Shown here piece after piece: positions 35,596 through 46,593 of a stretch of DNA of 64,000 nucleotides (its first letter is position 1; each line of letters begins with the position of its first letter). This stretch comes from Candidatus Nanoarchaeia archaeon. GTDB taxonomy: Archaea; Nanobdellota; Nanobdellia; SCGC-AAA011-G17; JAUYJU01. The stretch is from positions 147,066-211,065 of the forward strand of contig JAUYJU010000027.1 in the NCBI GenBank assembly GCA_030700155.1, written 5' to 3'. Below the pieces are notes generated by a model. The model was not told where the DNA came from. It ran no database searches and worked only from the letters and a program-made list of their open reading frames with translations. The translations under genes were made by a program, and so were the position numbers.

Positions 35596-36378
35596 TTAAT
35601 TTGCTCCAGTTATGCTCTCATAATAATTTTTCACTATTTCTTGATTTTCTTTTGAGATTCTCTCATTATAAGATGAATCTGTGGTAGCATATATATCTTG
35701 CGGAAATTGTTCATTAAATTCCTTATTTTCTACATCACTTACTTTATTTATATTTATACCGCTTGCAGCCGTATCTAAAGTAAGGTCAATCTCTTCCAAA
35801 CCAAGCTCCGCAACAGACTCTTCCCCATATATGTTTTCATCGCCTTCTTCAAAGCCTATTTCAGTTATGTTGCCAAAAATACTTCTCTGCTCTTCCCCTA
35901 TAAGGTTGCTTACGCCTTCCACAGCCTCTTTCCAGCCGATTATTGCAAAATTAGAAGCAGAAGAGAGTATAACCAAAAAAGACATTATTGATATAAAGAA
36001 TATTTTAGTGAATAACTTTTTATCCCCAAGAAAAGCTCCGGTGTTTACATATTTAACGTCACGCAACACATCATCATTCAAACTCCTAATCAATTCATTA
36101 TCCCTTCCAAGATTATCCGCTACTGTTCTCAATCTTTCTTTTAATTTAGGTACTCTTTTCTCAACATACCTATAGTTTATACTACGTATCTTTCTTCTTC
36201 CAAATACTACAAAATAAACAAAGAAAGGAATTAAGGCATAATAACCCGGAATTTTAAAAAGTATAAATAGTAAACAAAAAACTAAAAAAACTAAAACAGA
36301 ATCTATAAAATTTGTAAACAAAGTAACAAATAATACAAGTTTCTTTATTTCAGCTAACGCCCTTACTAATGCTTTCAT
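35596..36378 (-). CDS. Membrane protein of the MoxR/vWA operon
   Basis: Several TM helices. Adjacent to moxR. Confidence 0.3.
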   Translation of the reverse strand: MKALVRALAEIKKLVLFVTLFTNFIDSVLVFLVFCLLFILFKIPGYYALIPFFVYFVVFGRRKIRSINYRYVEKRVPKLKERLRTVADNLGRDNELIRSLNDDVLRDVKYVNTGAFLGDKKLFTKIFFISIMSFLVILSSASNFAIIGWKEAVEGVSNLIGEEQRSIFGNITEIGFEEGDENIYGEESVAELGLEEIDLTLDTAASGININKVSDVENKEFNEQFPQDIYATTDSSYNERISKENQEIVKNYYESITGAN

Positions 36379-36383
36379 TAAGT

Positions 36384-36968
36384 TTAAGACCCCGCAAGTT
36401 GTTGTTTTAGATCATCATTATCATCTTCTAATTTGCGGATGGTAGCTTCAAGTTTGTCTATCTCTGATTGTAAATCTGCATTCTCACTTTGTAAAAGTTT
36501 TATTTTATCTTTCAGCTCATCCTTTTCACTTTTAACATCTTCAAAAACATCTTCCAATTCATTTTCACGCTTTTCTTTTACCTGAAGATCTGTTTGCAAT
36601 TTATTCAGATTATTTTCTCTTTCTAATAAGTCAGCTTTGACTTTATCAAGTTCAACAACTTTAGCTGTAAAGTCTTCATTGATATTATTTAATTTACTTT
36701 GATAAAAAGTCGTTGTTCCAAGCAAACCAGCAGTAACGACAACCACAATCATCAATAAGAAAAAACTTGAATCGGTTTTGATGTATTTATTATTCAAACT
36801 AAATTTAACTTTATGTGTTTCTGGATCTACTAAAGAATCTTTAAGACTAGGTTCTGATTTTTTAATATGTTTATCAGCACTAGCTTCTCTTAATCTTTCT
36901 ATTTCTCTTTGTATTTTCTTTATTTTCCTTTCCTGTAGTTTAACTGTTAATTTATTTAGGAAGCCCAT
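36384..36968 (-). CDS. Coiled-coil membrane protein
   Basis: One TM helix followed by a long heptad-repeat coiled coil. Confidence 0.3.
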   Translation of the reverse strand: MGFLNKLTVKLQERKIKKIQREIERLREASADKHIKKSEPSLKDSLVDPETHKVKFSLNNKYIKTDSSFFLLMIVVVVTAGLLGTTTFYQSKLNNINEDFTAKVVELDKVKADLLERENNLNKLQTDLQVKEKRENELEDVFEDVKSEKDELKDKIKLLQSENADLQSEIDKLEATIRKLEDDNDDLKQQLAGS

Positions 36969-36969
36969 G

Positions 36970-39414
36970 TTAATATTGTCTTTGTCTGCTCCATCTCTTA
37001 TTTTCAGCTATTCTTCTTACACATATCTCAAATAATAAGATTACTATGGCAGCCAATATAAATGGCCATCTGAAGTATTTCCTATCATCTAAAGTCCTTC
37101 TGGATTGAGACCTAATGGCATTTACCATGCCCTCAAGGTCATTTTCTTCAAACATTAAGCCACCAGTGCTTTGTACTATACTTGTAAGTTGTTCATTTAA
37201 GCTTACACCCTCATATTCTTTCGGATAATTAACTGCAAAAGTAGCTCCAATTAATGAATGGAATCCCGTAGCATCAATTTCAATAGTTCCTTTATACAAA
37301 TCTTCTCCAAACTTATAAAATGCCACACCATCAGCAGCAGGTTGTTTATCTTCCTTCACAGTTATTTCAACACCTTCACCAACTCGCGTATCTTGTATAT
37401 CCACAAATCTATCTAAATTTCTTTCAGGATCTCCTATTACCCAGTTCATTGTTCTAGTTATTAATTTCGAATTCTTTTTATTTAATAATTCTCCTGCCCA
37501 CTTAGATCCATCATCTGTTGATAACAAAGCAACTCTTCCAAGCCCATATCTCCAAACAGTCAATAAAGGCTCACCAGTATCAGTTGTAATCAATAATTGG
37601 GCAGTTGATTTAGGTATAACTTGATTAAATCCAGTTACACTTGCGCTTAATTCCAAATCAGATGTAATGAAATGATTATCATTTAAAACTACAACCAAAA
37701 AATCACTTCCTGCTGGTTTCTTTCCAGAAGAATCGCCAAACAACACATTAATTTTCTGTGGAGATTCTAAACCTTTGAAAAATAATGCACTTTCAACACA
37801 AGAATCTGCAATTGCATTATACAATAATTGTGCACCATAACCTACAGCATGTTCTGATCCACATTCATGTTTACTAATCGGGGTTTCTTCAACACTTATG
37901 AAGATTACTTTAATCCCTTTCTCATCAGCAAGTTTAACATAATTTGTAGTTGCTTGTGAACCACCAGATTTACCATCAGATATTAATATCAAATTTTTAT
38001 TTCCAGGAACATTTTCTAGCATTTCAATTGCCTTAGCTACACCAACAGGAACATAAGTATTACCCAAATCTTGAATTGCTTTTATTTTACTCTCAAGTTC
38101 AGCACGTTTTTGCCCCAAGGGAGAAAGATCTGAAACAGTATAAACTTTAGTATTAAAACCAATAACTCCAACATTGCTGTTATCTCCAATGTTACTTAAG
38201 GCGCTCAAAGCTAATGCTTTTTCAACATCAGATGCACTGTCTTGACCAAATGCTTCAGACGTACTTGTGGAGATGTCTATTGCAATAACCACATTCATTT
38301 TTTCTCCTTCATCTTCTTTAGCGCCAGAAACAAAAGAAGGCAATAATGATTCAATTAAAGATCCCTTGTAAAATCCTTTATCCAAAGAAGTTTGTCCACC
38401 TACAACTAGTAAACCATTGCCTTCAGAGATATAATCTCCTAGACTACTTACAGAAGAAGCTAGATTATCTGCATGAATATCATTTATTACAACAGCATGC
38501 ATGCTTTGATAATTTGATAAGAAATCAAGTTTATTTGTAACATAAAGTTCATCCAATATAACTTTCATTGGACTATCCTTATCACTATAAAATCCAATTT
38601 TTGGTTTTTCAACTACTTTTATTGTTTTATAATAAACATTATTTTGTGAAAAATGATCTTTATCTAATATTCTTGCAGTAATTTTATGATAACCAGAACT
38701 AAAACTCTTGCTTATAGTTACACTGTCTCTAACTTGTCCTTCGTATGCTTTTTCTCCATCAACTTCAACTAAAATATTCCTTGTGGTAGTTCCATCAAGA
38801 ATAATAGTATAAGTACTTTCAACATCAGCACTTATTTTGGTAGGCCCAACTACTTTTATGCTTGAATCATCTTTCTTTGGTTTCAAGTTGACTACATTTA
38901 AGGTTGCATTAATTCTTTTGGCATAAAGACCTATATCGCCTAAAGCTGAACCATAATTGTTATTCCCATCAGTAATTAATAAAATACTTTCATCTCTTTC
39001 CATATTCCTTAATAAAGCATCGCCCAAAGCAGTCCTATTTTCTTCACCAAATTGCTTGTATTCAACTTCGACATAATTTTCTAATTGTTCTTTCAAATTA
39101 GGCCCCACATTTTGATCAAATAGACTAAATGAAGTAGAATTATCCACCAAAATTTTTACAAAAGGATCTCCCTGTATGGTTGTAGATTCTAAAGAAAAAG
39201 GAGAGGCCATAGCAATTAAGATTAAAAAGAAAATTAGCGTTCTTGTTAGTAATATAAATCTTCTTTCTTTTCTTCTTGGTCTAGTATCACTAAAAATTAT
39301 AAAATCTTTCTTTATCAATGCCATTAATACAAAGAAGATAGGGATAATCAATAACAACAGCAAAGGTCTCTCTAATAAGCTAAATTCTTTCAGTAAGTTT
39401 GCAAAGTCTTGCAA
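36970..39414 (-). CDS. Membrane-anchored von Willebrand factor A domain protein (BatA/BatB-like)
   Basis: N-terminal TM helices, the MIDAS motif VVIAIDISTSTS, and a C-terminal TM. Confidence 0.6.
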   Translation of the reverse strand: MQDFANLLKEFSLLERPLLLLLIIPIFFVLMALIKKDFIIFSDTRPRRKERRFILLTRTLIFFLILIAMASPFSLESTTIQGDPFVKILVDNSTSFSLFDQNVGPNLKEQLENYVEVEYKQFGEENRTALGDALLRNMERDESILLITDGNNNYGSALGDIGLYAKRINATLNVVNLKPKKDDSSIKVVGPTKISADVESTYTIILDGTTTRNILVEVDGEKAYEGQVRDSVTISKSFSSGYHKITARILDKDHFSQNNVYYKTIKVVEKPKIGFYSDKDSPMKVILDELYVTNKLDFLSNYQSMHAVVINDIHADNLASSVSSLGDYISEGNGLLVVGGQTSLDKGFYKGSLIESLLPSFVSGAKEDEGEKMNVVIAIDISTSTSEAFGQDSASDVEKALALSALSNIGDNSNVGVIGFNTKVYTVSDLSPLGQKRAELESKIKAIQDLGNTYVPVGVAKAIEMLENVPGNKNLILISDGKSGGSQATTNYVKLADEKGIKVIFISVEETPISKHECGSEHAVGYGAQLLYNAIADSCVESALFFKGLESPQKINVLFGDSSGKKPAGSDFLVVVLNDNHFITSDLELSASVTGFNQVIPKSTAQLLITTDTGEPLLTVWRYGLGRVALLSTDDGSKWAGELLNKKNSKLITRTMNWVIGDPERNLDRFVDIQDTRVGEGVEITVKEDKQPAADGVAFYKFGEDLYKGTIEIDATGFHSLIGATFAVNYPKEYEGVSLNEQLTSIVQSTGGLMFEENDLEGMVNAIRSQSRRTLDDRKYFRWPFILAAIVILLFEICVRRIAENKRWSRQRQY

Positions 39415-39434
39415 GGAATTTAATTGTATAGCGA

Positions 39435-41240
39435 TTATAAATCACCCCTAGTTTTTATATATAAAATTTCTAAAAATAATAATACTGCTATTATAGTAAG
39501 TAATTCCATTTCTAAATTTTTAGGAACGTTTTCTTTACCCTTTTCTATCTTAATCTCTTGTACATTTTTCTTCTCTTCACCACCAAGATTAATATTAGAT
39601 TCCTTTTCACTTATTAAATTGGCAGCAATTTTTCTATTGCCTATTGTATAAACTCCTATTTGATCAAACACAAAAGCGCCACTATCTATAATTCCCTCAG
39701 GAGTTCTAATGTTTTGATTTTCTTCTAAAATTAAACTATCGCCAGTTCTTACATTAAGTAAAGAAATATCATCTTGATTAGTTAAAAACTTTAAGGAGTT
39801 TATCCAATAAATTGGATAGTAAGGGCTTAATTTGAAATCCCCGCCTTCATCCATAATACCATAATACAATACATTACCGCTTCCTAATCTACTAAAAGAA
39901 ATTACTGGCGCACCTTCAGCAGATATAACTGTTATTGCTTCATCTTTTGATTCAGCACCAAAATATTTATCAACCCTTCCAAATTCAACATCCCTTGTAA
40001 ACATTGTGGCTTGCTCAACATTTAATACAGCTTTCCCTCTCTCACTCAATATTTTAACAGGTAATAAATTTTGATAAGATATTCTTCCCATATTTGGTTG
40101 CGCATTAATGATTAAATTAGCTCCTGCACTAACTTTTTGTTCTATTTCAGAGAAAGTACCCGTAATTATGCTATTGGGATCAACATTATCTACCACATAG
40201 ACATCATAATCCCCGCTTGGAATTATTGGTGGTTCTGCAATTTCTAATGTAACGTAACTTGCAGACGTCAGAGCAGATTTTAAGAATACAGATTCCGAAT
40301 TAGTAATCAGCAAAACTTTTATTGTTCTGTCTTCTGGAGCGCTAACATAAGCAACATTATCTACCAAAAAATCATCCTTTTCTAAAATCTCTAGTTTTGT
40401 TATGCCATTAGGTGTTTTAAAGGAAAAAGGTTCAACGCTTTCAGATTGTATATAAATTTGTTTTGTAGTTCCTTCAATTTTCAAGTTAATCGTCTTATCT
40501 TTTTGATCAAAATTCTTTACAAAGACAGTAGTTGACTCATCTTCCACATCTAAATCAATTATACCCACATTATTTTTTTTAGAAGTTCCAGAAAGATCTA
40601 TGAACTCAACACTCAAACCCCGAGATCTTAAAGCATTCGCAGCAATTACAGGATCTGCACCTTCAGTATTTTTAAAATCACTTAAAACAAAAACTTTTCC
40701 TTTGTTCCCTAAAACTTCTCCAGCAAGTAATATTGATTCACCTATTTTTGATCTTTCATCACTAACTTTCAACATTCTTAATCTATCTTGTGCCTCTCCT
40801 TTATTTCCATCCTTCAATAAAATTTCAGGAGCACTTCTTGCAAGAACAATTGTATTTTTAGAACCTAATAATCTTTCAGCTTCAGACATTGCTAAATCAA
40901 ACCTTGTATTACCTAATTCTTTTACTTGAGAACTTGCGCTAACATCGATTACAATTGCAACGTTATCTGAGATTACATCAGCACTAACCCAAGTATAAGG
41001 ACCAAGTAAAAATAAAGATAGTAAACTTAATAATAATAATTGAAGTAAAAATAAAGGATCCTTTATAAAATTTCTTAAGAATGATTTTCTTTTATCTGCT
41101 CCAGTAGTTTGCATGAAAAACATCAAAGAAGGAATTGACATTTCTTTGGGTCTTGGTCTTATCAGGTAAAGGATAACAAGTGGAATCAAACTTAAAAAAG
41201 CATACCATCCCAAAGGGTTAGTTATCCCAAATGAAGCCAT
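39435..41240 (-). CDS. Membrane-anchored vWA-domain protein (Bat-like)
   Basis: N-terminal TM helices, the MIDAS motif VAIVIDVSASS, and a C-terminal TM. Confidence 0.5.
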   Translation of the reverse strand: MASFGITNPLGWYAFLSLIPLVILYLIRPRPKEMSIPSLMFFMQTTGADKRKSFLRNFIKDPLFLLQLLLLSLLSLFLLGPYTWVSADVISDNVAIVIDVSASSQVKELGNTRFDLAMSEAERLLGSKNTIVLARSAPEILLKDGNKGEAQDRLRMLKVSDERSKIGESILLAGEVLGNKGKVFVLSDFKNTEGADPVIAANALRSRGLSVEFIDLSGTSKKNNVGIIDLDVEDESTTVFVKNFDQKDKTINLKIEGTTKQIYIQSESVEPFSFKTPNGITKLEILEKDDFLVDNVAYVSAPEDRTIKVLLITNSESVFLKSALTSASYVTLEIAEPPIIPSGDYDVYVVDNVDPNSIITGTFSEIEQKVSAGANLIINAQPNMGRISYQNLLPVKILSERGKAVLNVEQATMFTRDVEFGRVDKYFGAESKDEAITVISAEGAPVISFSRLGSGNVLYYGIMDEGGDFKLSPYYPIYWINSLKFLTNQDDISLLNVRTGDSLILEENQNIRTPEGIIDSGAFVFDQIGVYTIGNRKIAANLISEKESNINLGGEEKKNVQEIKIEKGKENVPKNLEMELLTIIAVLLFLEILYIKTRGDL

Positions 41241-41318
41241 GTTCTATAAAACAATGCTTTCCCTTAAATATATTGCTGTTACATAAACCTTTTAAATGAA
41301 TGGTTACTATCCATAACT

Positions 41319-41996
41319 ATGCGTAAATTAACGTTAATCACATCTCTTATTTTATTACTTTTAATAGCTGGTTGTGTCAAACCAATAATAGATGATCAAA
41401 CAGGAAATGGCTTAGGAGATAGTATAGAAGAAGATAAAAAAATTGACCCACAACTTCTTGAATTATTAGATAAAAAAGACAATGTTGCTAATATAAAATA
41501 TGAATACAGCAGACCTCCAGATGACGCAAAAGTTTACATCTATTCAGTTCGTGGAGATAAAGCAAGAGTAGACTTACCAAGATTCAATGTTTATCCTAAA
41601 GATCAACCTAAGATAGATACAGTTTATTTAGAATTCGATGAGAGAATAGCTACAGGTTATTGTGAATATAGAGATATTTGTAAGGGTATAGATGCAGATC
41701 AGCCATTTGAAGTAGCAATAGGTAATTATTTCCAGAAGACTCCATATGATTGGCTTAAAGAGATTCCAGTTGATAAAGCCAGCATAGTTGGTTCAGAACA
41801 GATTGGACCAAGAACAGCTTCAGTAGTTGAATACACAGAAGGTGGAACATTAATTAGAGTATTCATAGAAGAATTTTATCATTTACCTTTGAGAGTAGAA
41901 GTTAAATCTCCTTTAGGAGATGATTACGCTCATACTTATAAAATCCTTGATATGGAAAGAGTTAAGCCAGAAGAAGTTCTTCATCAACAAAGATAA
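41319..41996 (+). CDS. Secreted protein or lipoprotein, hypothetical
   Basis: The signal peptide ends in a lipobox-like LLIAGC. Confidence 0.3.
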   Translation: MRKLTLITSLILLLLIAGCVKPIIDDQTGNGLGDSIEEDKKIDPQLLELLDKKDNVANIKYEYSRPPDDAKVYIYSVRGDKARVDLPRFNVYPKDQPKIDTVYLEFDERIATGYCEYRDICKGIDADQPFEVAIGNYFQKTPYDWLKEIPVDKASIVGSEQIGPRTASVVEYTEGGTLIRVFIEEFYHLPLRVEVKSPLGDDYAHTYKILDMERVKPEEVLHQQR

Positions 41997-42015
41997 AAAT
42001 TAATAAAAAATAAAA

Positions 42016-42291
42016 TTAAAGTAGCTCTTGAATTCTTTCAATATGTTCAGCTACTCTTTCTCCAGATTCAGTTAATTTGATGGTCTTAATTCTACCTTGT
42101 TTATCAAAGTCAACTAAGTTAGCCTTCTCCATTTCTTGGAGAATCTTAACAGCATGTGAATATGTACAATCAACTTCTTTAGCTAATACAGAACCATATC
42201 TGCTTTTAGTGTTTTTTCTTAAAGCAACTAGAATCATAGCTGGTTTACGTCTAAAGAACACCTCAAAAATTTCTTTGCTCTTCTTAGTCAT
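42016..42291 (-). CDS. Small winged-helix transcriptional regulator
   Basis: 91 aa. HTH core YGSVLAKEVDCTYSHAVKILQEMEKANLV. Confidence 0.4.
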   Translation of the reverse strand: MTKKSKEIFEVFFRRKPAMILVALRKNTKSRYGSVLAKEVDCTYSHAVKILQEMEKANLVDFDKQGRIKTIKLTESGERVAEHIERIQELL

Positions 42292-42463
42292 TAATTTTCC
42301 CCCCGTAAGTATCTAACTTTATGAGAATAACCCTCGCTTGTATTTAAACCTTTGCTTTTGATTATATAGGTCATAGTATATATGTGCTAAAATTAAATTC
42401 TCATTGCTTAAAAAGTTTTAGAATAAGATAAACTTTAAATACAAATTAGATGTAGTTACTATT

Positions 42464-43756
42464 ATGCTAGATATAAGGTTTGTAAAAGAAAATTCAGATG
42501 TTGTAAAAGAATCAATAAAGAAAAGATTCAAACAAGCTAAGCTAAGTTTGGTTGATGATTCTATTGGTTTATATGATCAATGGTTAAAACTTAAAAAAGA
42601 GTCAGACGACCTTAGGGCCCAAAGAAATAAGGTTTCAGAAGAAATCAACAAATTACAAAAATCAGGCAAGGATATCAAGGAAAAAGTAAAAGAGATAAAA
42701 CAGATTCCAGAAAAAATAAAACAGATTGAAGAAAAACAAAATGAGTTACACACAAACTTAAATAAAACTTTAAAACAAATTCCAAATCTATTACACTCTT
42801 CAGTTCCTATAGGAGAAGATGAATCAAAAAATAAAATTCTTAGAACTTTTGGTACAAAAACTAAATTTTCTTTCCTTCCAAAATCTCACACAGACATAAT
42901 TGAAAATTTAGAGTTAGTAGAATTAGAAAGAGCAGCAAAAGTTTCAGGCGCAAGATTTTATTATATTAAAGACGAATTAGTAGAATTAGAATGGGCTTTG
43001 ATAAAATTTGCAATGGATTACTTAAAGAAAAAAGGTTTTACATTAATTAGAACTCCAAACATGGCACGTTCAGAAGCAATTGAAGGCGCAGCAGAACTTG
43101 GAGACTTCAACGAAACTCTGTATGGGATTAAAGATGAAGATTTATTCTTAGTTGCAACAGCTGAACATACTTTGGCTTCGTTACACATGAATGAAATGCT
43201 TACTTGCGAATTACCTTACAAATATGCCGGAATAAGTGAATGTTTCAGAAAAGAAGCAGGGGCTCACGGAAAAGATCAAAAAGGAATTTTCAGAGTTCAC
43301 GAATTCAGGAAAGTGGAACAATTTATTTATTCAAATCCAAAAGATTCATATAAACACATGGAGGAAATAGTAAAAAACGCAGAAGAACTTTTCAAAAAAT
43401 TAAAACTTCCATATCGCGTAGTTAATATTGCTTCAGGAGCATTAAATGATACTGCTGCAAAGAAATGTGATATAGAAATCTGGATGCCTGCACAAAAAGA
43501 ATATCGTGAATTAGTTTCAGTTTCAAATTGTTTAGATTATCAATCAAGAAAGCTTGGAATAAGATTCAAAGGTAAAGATGGAACATTCCACCCGCACTTA
43601 ATTAATGGAACCGCAATAGCAACACCAAGAATTTTAGTGGCAATTATAGAAAATTTCCAGCAAAAAGACGGTTCAATAAAGATACCTGCAGTTTTGCACA
43701 AATATTTAGGTTTCAAGAAGATTTCACCTAAGAAAAAGCCACATTCTAAAAGATAA
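42464..43756 (+). CDS. serS: Seryl-tRNA synthetase
   Basis: N-terminal coiled-coil arm. Class II motifs (FRKEAG, RVHEFRKVEQFIY, GTAIATPR). Confidence 0.85.
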   Translation: MLDIRFVKENSDVVKESIKKRFKQAKLSLVDDSIGLYDQWLKLKKESDDLRAQRNKVSEEINKLQKSGKDIKEKVKEIKQIPEKIKQIEEKQNELHTNLNKTLKQIPNLLHSSVPIGEDESKNKILRTFGTKTKFSFLPKSHTDIIENLELVELERAAKVSGARFYYIKDELVELEWALIKFAMDYLKKKGFTLIRTPNMARSEAIEGAAELGDFNETLYGIKDEDLFLVATAEHTLASLHMNEMLTCELPYKYAGISECFRKEAGAHGKDQKGIFRVHEFRKVEQFIYSNPKDSYKHMEEIVKNAEELFKKLKLPYRVVNIASGALNDTAAKKCDIEIWMPAQKEYRELVSVSNCLDYQSRKLGIRFKGKDGTFHPHLINGTAIATPRILVAIIENFQQKDGSIKIPAVLHKYLGFKKISPKKKPHSKR

Positions 43757-43788
43757 GCTTTAAAAACCGCATTCTCCCTATATATAGT

Positions 43789-44388
43789 ATGAAAATCTTA
43801 GCTACAGGGTGCATGCATAGCGATTCAAGATTAGCAAATGAACTTGCTATTCGTGCAAAACAAGAGAATGTAGATATGGTCTTAGTCTGTGGAGACTTGA
43901 CTATGTCAAACACTTCTACTGAAGGATTAATGGGCCCATTCAAAAAATTAGGATTAAATGTAGCTATCATACCTGGAAATCACGAACCAGTTGCAGTAGC
44001 AGACTTTTTAGCAGAAACTTATGGTGTTAAAAATTTACATGGAGATTCTCTAATTAAGAATAACATAGGATTTTTCGGATGCGGAGCAGCAAATATAGGA
44101 ATTCATAGGCTAGAAGACCAAGACGCTTATTATTTATTCTACAAAGGCTTCAAAAATTTAAGAGAAGTTCATAAAAAAATTATGGTTTCACATGTTCCTC
44201 CTTCAGGAACTTTGATGGAAAAACTTGTTCCAGGTTCAGGATCAGATGCAGTTAGAAAAGCCGTTGAAAGTTTCAAACCTGATTTTTTATTCTGTTCACA
44301 TTTACACGAAGCAGAAGGCATCGAAGAGATGATTGGAACTACAAAAGTGATTAATGTAGGCAGAAAAGGAACAATTCTAGATATCTAA
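43789..44388 (+). CDS. Calcineurin-like metallophosphoesterase
   Basis: The motifs GCMH, VLVCGDLT and IPGNHE. Confidence 0.6.
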   Translation: MKILATGCMHSDSRLANELAIRAKQENVDMVLVCGDLTMSNTSTEGLMGPFKKLGLNVAIIPGNHEPVAVADFLAETYGVKNLHGDSLIKNNIGFFGCGAANIGIHRLEDQDAYYLFYKGFKNLREVHKKIMVSHVPPSGTLMEKLVPGSGSDAVRKAVESFKPDFLFCSHLHEAEGIEEMIGTTKVINVGRKGTILDI

Positions 44389-44430
44389 ATCAAAAGGTTT
44401 AAATAAGATATTTCTAAAACTAGTTATTTT

Positions 44431-46593
44431 ATGGTAGAACTCCTAATAGCTGAAAAACCATCAGCAATGCAAAAAATTGCTGAAGCATTAGCAGATACTA
44501 AACCAAAAAAGAAATTTATTAACAAAATTGCTTATTATGAATTAGAACATAAAGGTAAAAAAATCCTAGTTGGATGTGCAGTTGGTCATTTATTTGGATT
44601 AGAACAAAAAAAGAAAAAAGGTTGGACATATCCAATTTTTGATGTTGAATGGAAACCAGCTTACAAATCCAAAAAATCTGCATTCTCAAAACCTTATTTT
44701 GAAGCTTTAGAAGAATTATCAAAACAAGCAGATGAATTCACGGTCTGCACAGATTATGATGAAGAAGGTTCTGTAATTGGTTTCAATGTTATTCGATATA
44801 TCTGTAATAAAAAAGATGGAAAAAGAATGAAGTTCTCCACTTTAACAAAAAAAGAATTAATAGAATCTTACGAAAATGCAACAAAACATTTAGATTTTCC
44901 ACAAATAGAAGCTGGAGAAGCTCGTCATATCTTAGACTGGATGTACGGAATCAACTTATCAAGGGCGCTTACTTTAGCAATAAAACAAACAGGCACTTTC
45001 AAGATAATGTCTGCAGGTAGAGTGCAAGGACCAGCTTTAAAGGTCATAGTAGACAGAGAAAAAGAAATTCAAGCTTTCAAACCAGAACCTTTTTGGGAGA
45101 TAGAGTTAGAATGTGTAGCAAATAAAAAAAGATTATTAGCTCAGCATAAAGAAGGTAAGTTCCAAGATAAAAAACAAGCAGACCAAGTTTTAAAAAATAC
45201 AAAAGGAAAAAAAGCTTCAGTAGAAGATGTTAAAGTTACAGAACAGATAAAAGAAGCCCCATATCCCCTTGACTTAACAAGTTTGCAGATGGAATCTTAC
45301 AAAGTTTTTGGAATCTCACCAAAAGAAACATTATCCTTAGCACAAGACCTTTACACCGCAGGATTAATTTCTTATCCAAGAACCTCCTCACAAAAGTTGC
45401 CGATAGCAATTCAATACAAAGAAATAATAAAACAATTACAAAAATTCCCAGAATATGAACATTTATGCTCAGAAGTTCTAAAAGGAAAATTAAAACCAAA
45501 TGAAGGTAAAAAATCAGACGCAGCACACCCTGCAATTTACCCGACAGCAGAACAACCTAAAAAACTTACAGAAAGACAACATAAATTATACGATCTAATT
45601 GTAAAAAGATTTTTAGCAACATTTGGAACACCAGCAACAAGAGAAACAGTTACTGTAAGTTTAGATGTAAATAAAGAAATTTTTGTAGCAAGAGGAACAA
45701 GAACAACAGTTCCTGGCTGGCATAATCTTTACGAACCTTATGTTAAATTAAAAGACGAAGAGATGCCTAAACTTGAAAAAGGAGAAGAAATTAAAGTTGA
45801 AAAAATAGATATTTTAGAAAAAGAAACTCAACCACCAAAAAGATACACACCAGCTTCTATAATAAAAGAACTAGAGAAAAAATCTTTAGGTACAAAAGCA
45901 ACTCGCGCTTCAATAGTTGATGCTTTATATGAAAGACACTATGTCAATGAAAAATCAATAGAAGCTACAAAATTAGGTATGGCTGCAGTAGAAACACTAG
46001 AAAAATACTGTCCAGAAATATTAGACGAAGCCTTAACAAGGCGTTTTGAGCAGGAAACAGACGAAATTAGGGAAAGGACCAAAAAAGAAGCAGAAGTTAT
46101 CAAAGAAGCAGAAGTATTTTTAGAAAAAGTCCTAAATAAATTCAAAGAACACGAAAAAGAAATTGGAGAAGGACTAATAAAATCAGTAATAGAAACAAGA
46201 GCAGAATTAAACACAGTCGCCCCTTGTAAAATTTGCAATAAAGGTAACTTAGAATTAAGACGTGGAAGATTTGGATTATTCGTAGCTTGTAATCAATACC
46301 CGGATTGTAAAACTACATTTTCAGTGCCTTCAAATGCTTTAGTAAAACCAACAGAAGGAGAATGTCCTCACTGCAATTCCCCAATGGTTTTAGTTATCAG
46401 AAAAGGTAAAAGACCTTTCAAATATTGTATCTCAAAAACTTGTCCGCCAAAAGTAGCCTGGATTGAAGAACAAAAGAAAAAGAAAGAAGAAGCAGATAAA
46501 ATACAAAAAGAATTACAAGAGCTTCCCAAAGAAAAAAAGAAAACTACAAAAAAAGTAATTAAGAAAAAAGTTTCAAAGAAAACTAAAGAATAA
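44431..46593 (+). CDS. topA: DNA topoisomerase IA (topoisomerase I/III family)
   Basis: The Toprim motif IAEKPS, active-site Tyr context GLISYPRTSSQ, and C-terminal zinc ribbons. Confidence 0.85.
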   Translation: MVELLIAEKPSAMQKIAEALADTKPKKKFINKIAYYELEHKGKKILVGCAVGHLFGLEQKKKKGWTYPIFDVEWKPAYKSKKSAFSKPYFEALEELSKQADEFTVCTDYDEEGSVIGFNVIRYICNKKDGKRMKFSTLTKKELIESYENATKHLDFPQIEAGEARHILDWMYGINLSRALTLAIKQTGTFKIMSAGRVQGPALKVIVDREKEIQAFKPEPFWEIELECVANKKRLLAQHKEGKFQDKKQADQVLKNTKGKKASVEDVKVTEQIKEAPYPLDLTSLQMESYKVFGISPKETLSLAQDLYTAGLISYPRTSSQKLPIAIQYKEIIKQLQKFPEYEHLCSEVLKGKLKPNEGKKSDAAHPAIYPTAEQPKKLTERQHKLYDLIVKRFLATFGTPATRETVTVSLDVNKEIFVARGTRTTVPGWHNLYEPYVKLKDEEMPKLEKGEEIKVEKIDILEKETQPPKRYTPASIIKELEKKSLGTKATRASIVDALYERHYVNEKSIEATKLGMAAVETLEKYCPEILDEALTRRFEQETDEIRERTKKEAEVIKEAEVFLEKVLNKFKEHEKEIGEGLIKSVIETRAELNTVAPCKICNKGNLELRRGRFGLFVACNQYPDCKTTFSVPSNALVKPTEGECPHCNSPMVLVIRKGKRPFKYCISKTCPPKVAWIEEQKKKKEEADKIQKELQELPKEKKKTTKKVIKKKVSKKTKE

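Noticed and set aside
33814-41240. MoxR/DUF58/vWA cluster as a novel system
   Set aside because: It is architecturally consistent with the known Bat/MoxR-vWA operons (AAA+ MoxR, DUF58, membrane proteins, BatA/B-like vWA proteins), so I annotated it as such rather than as novel.
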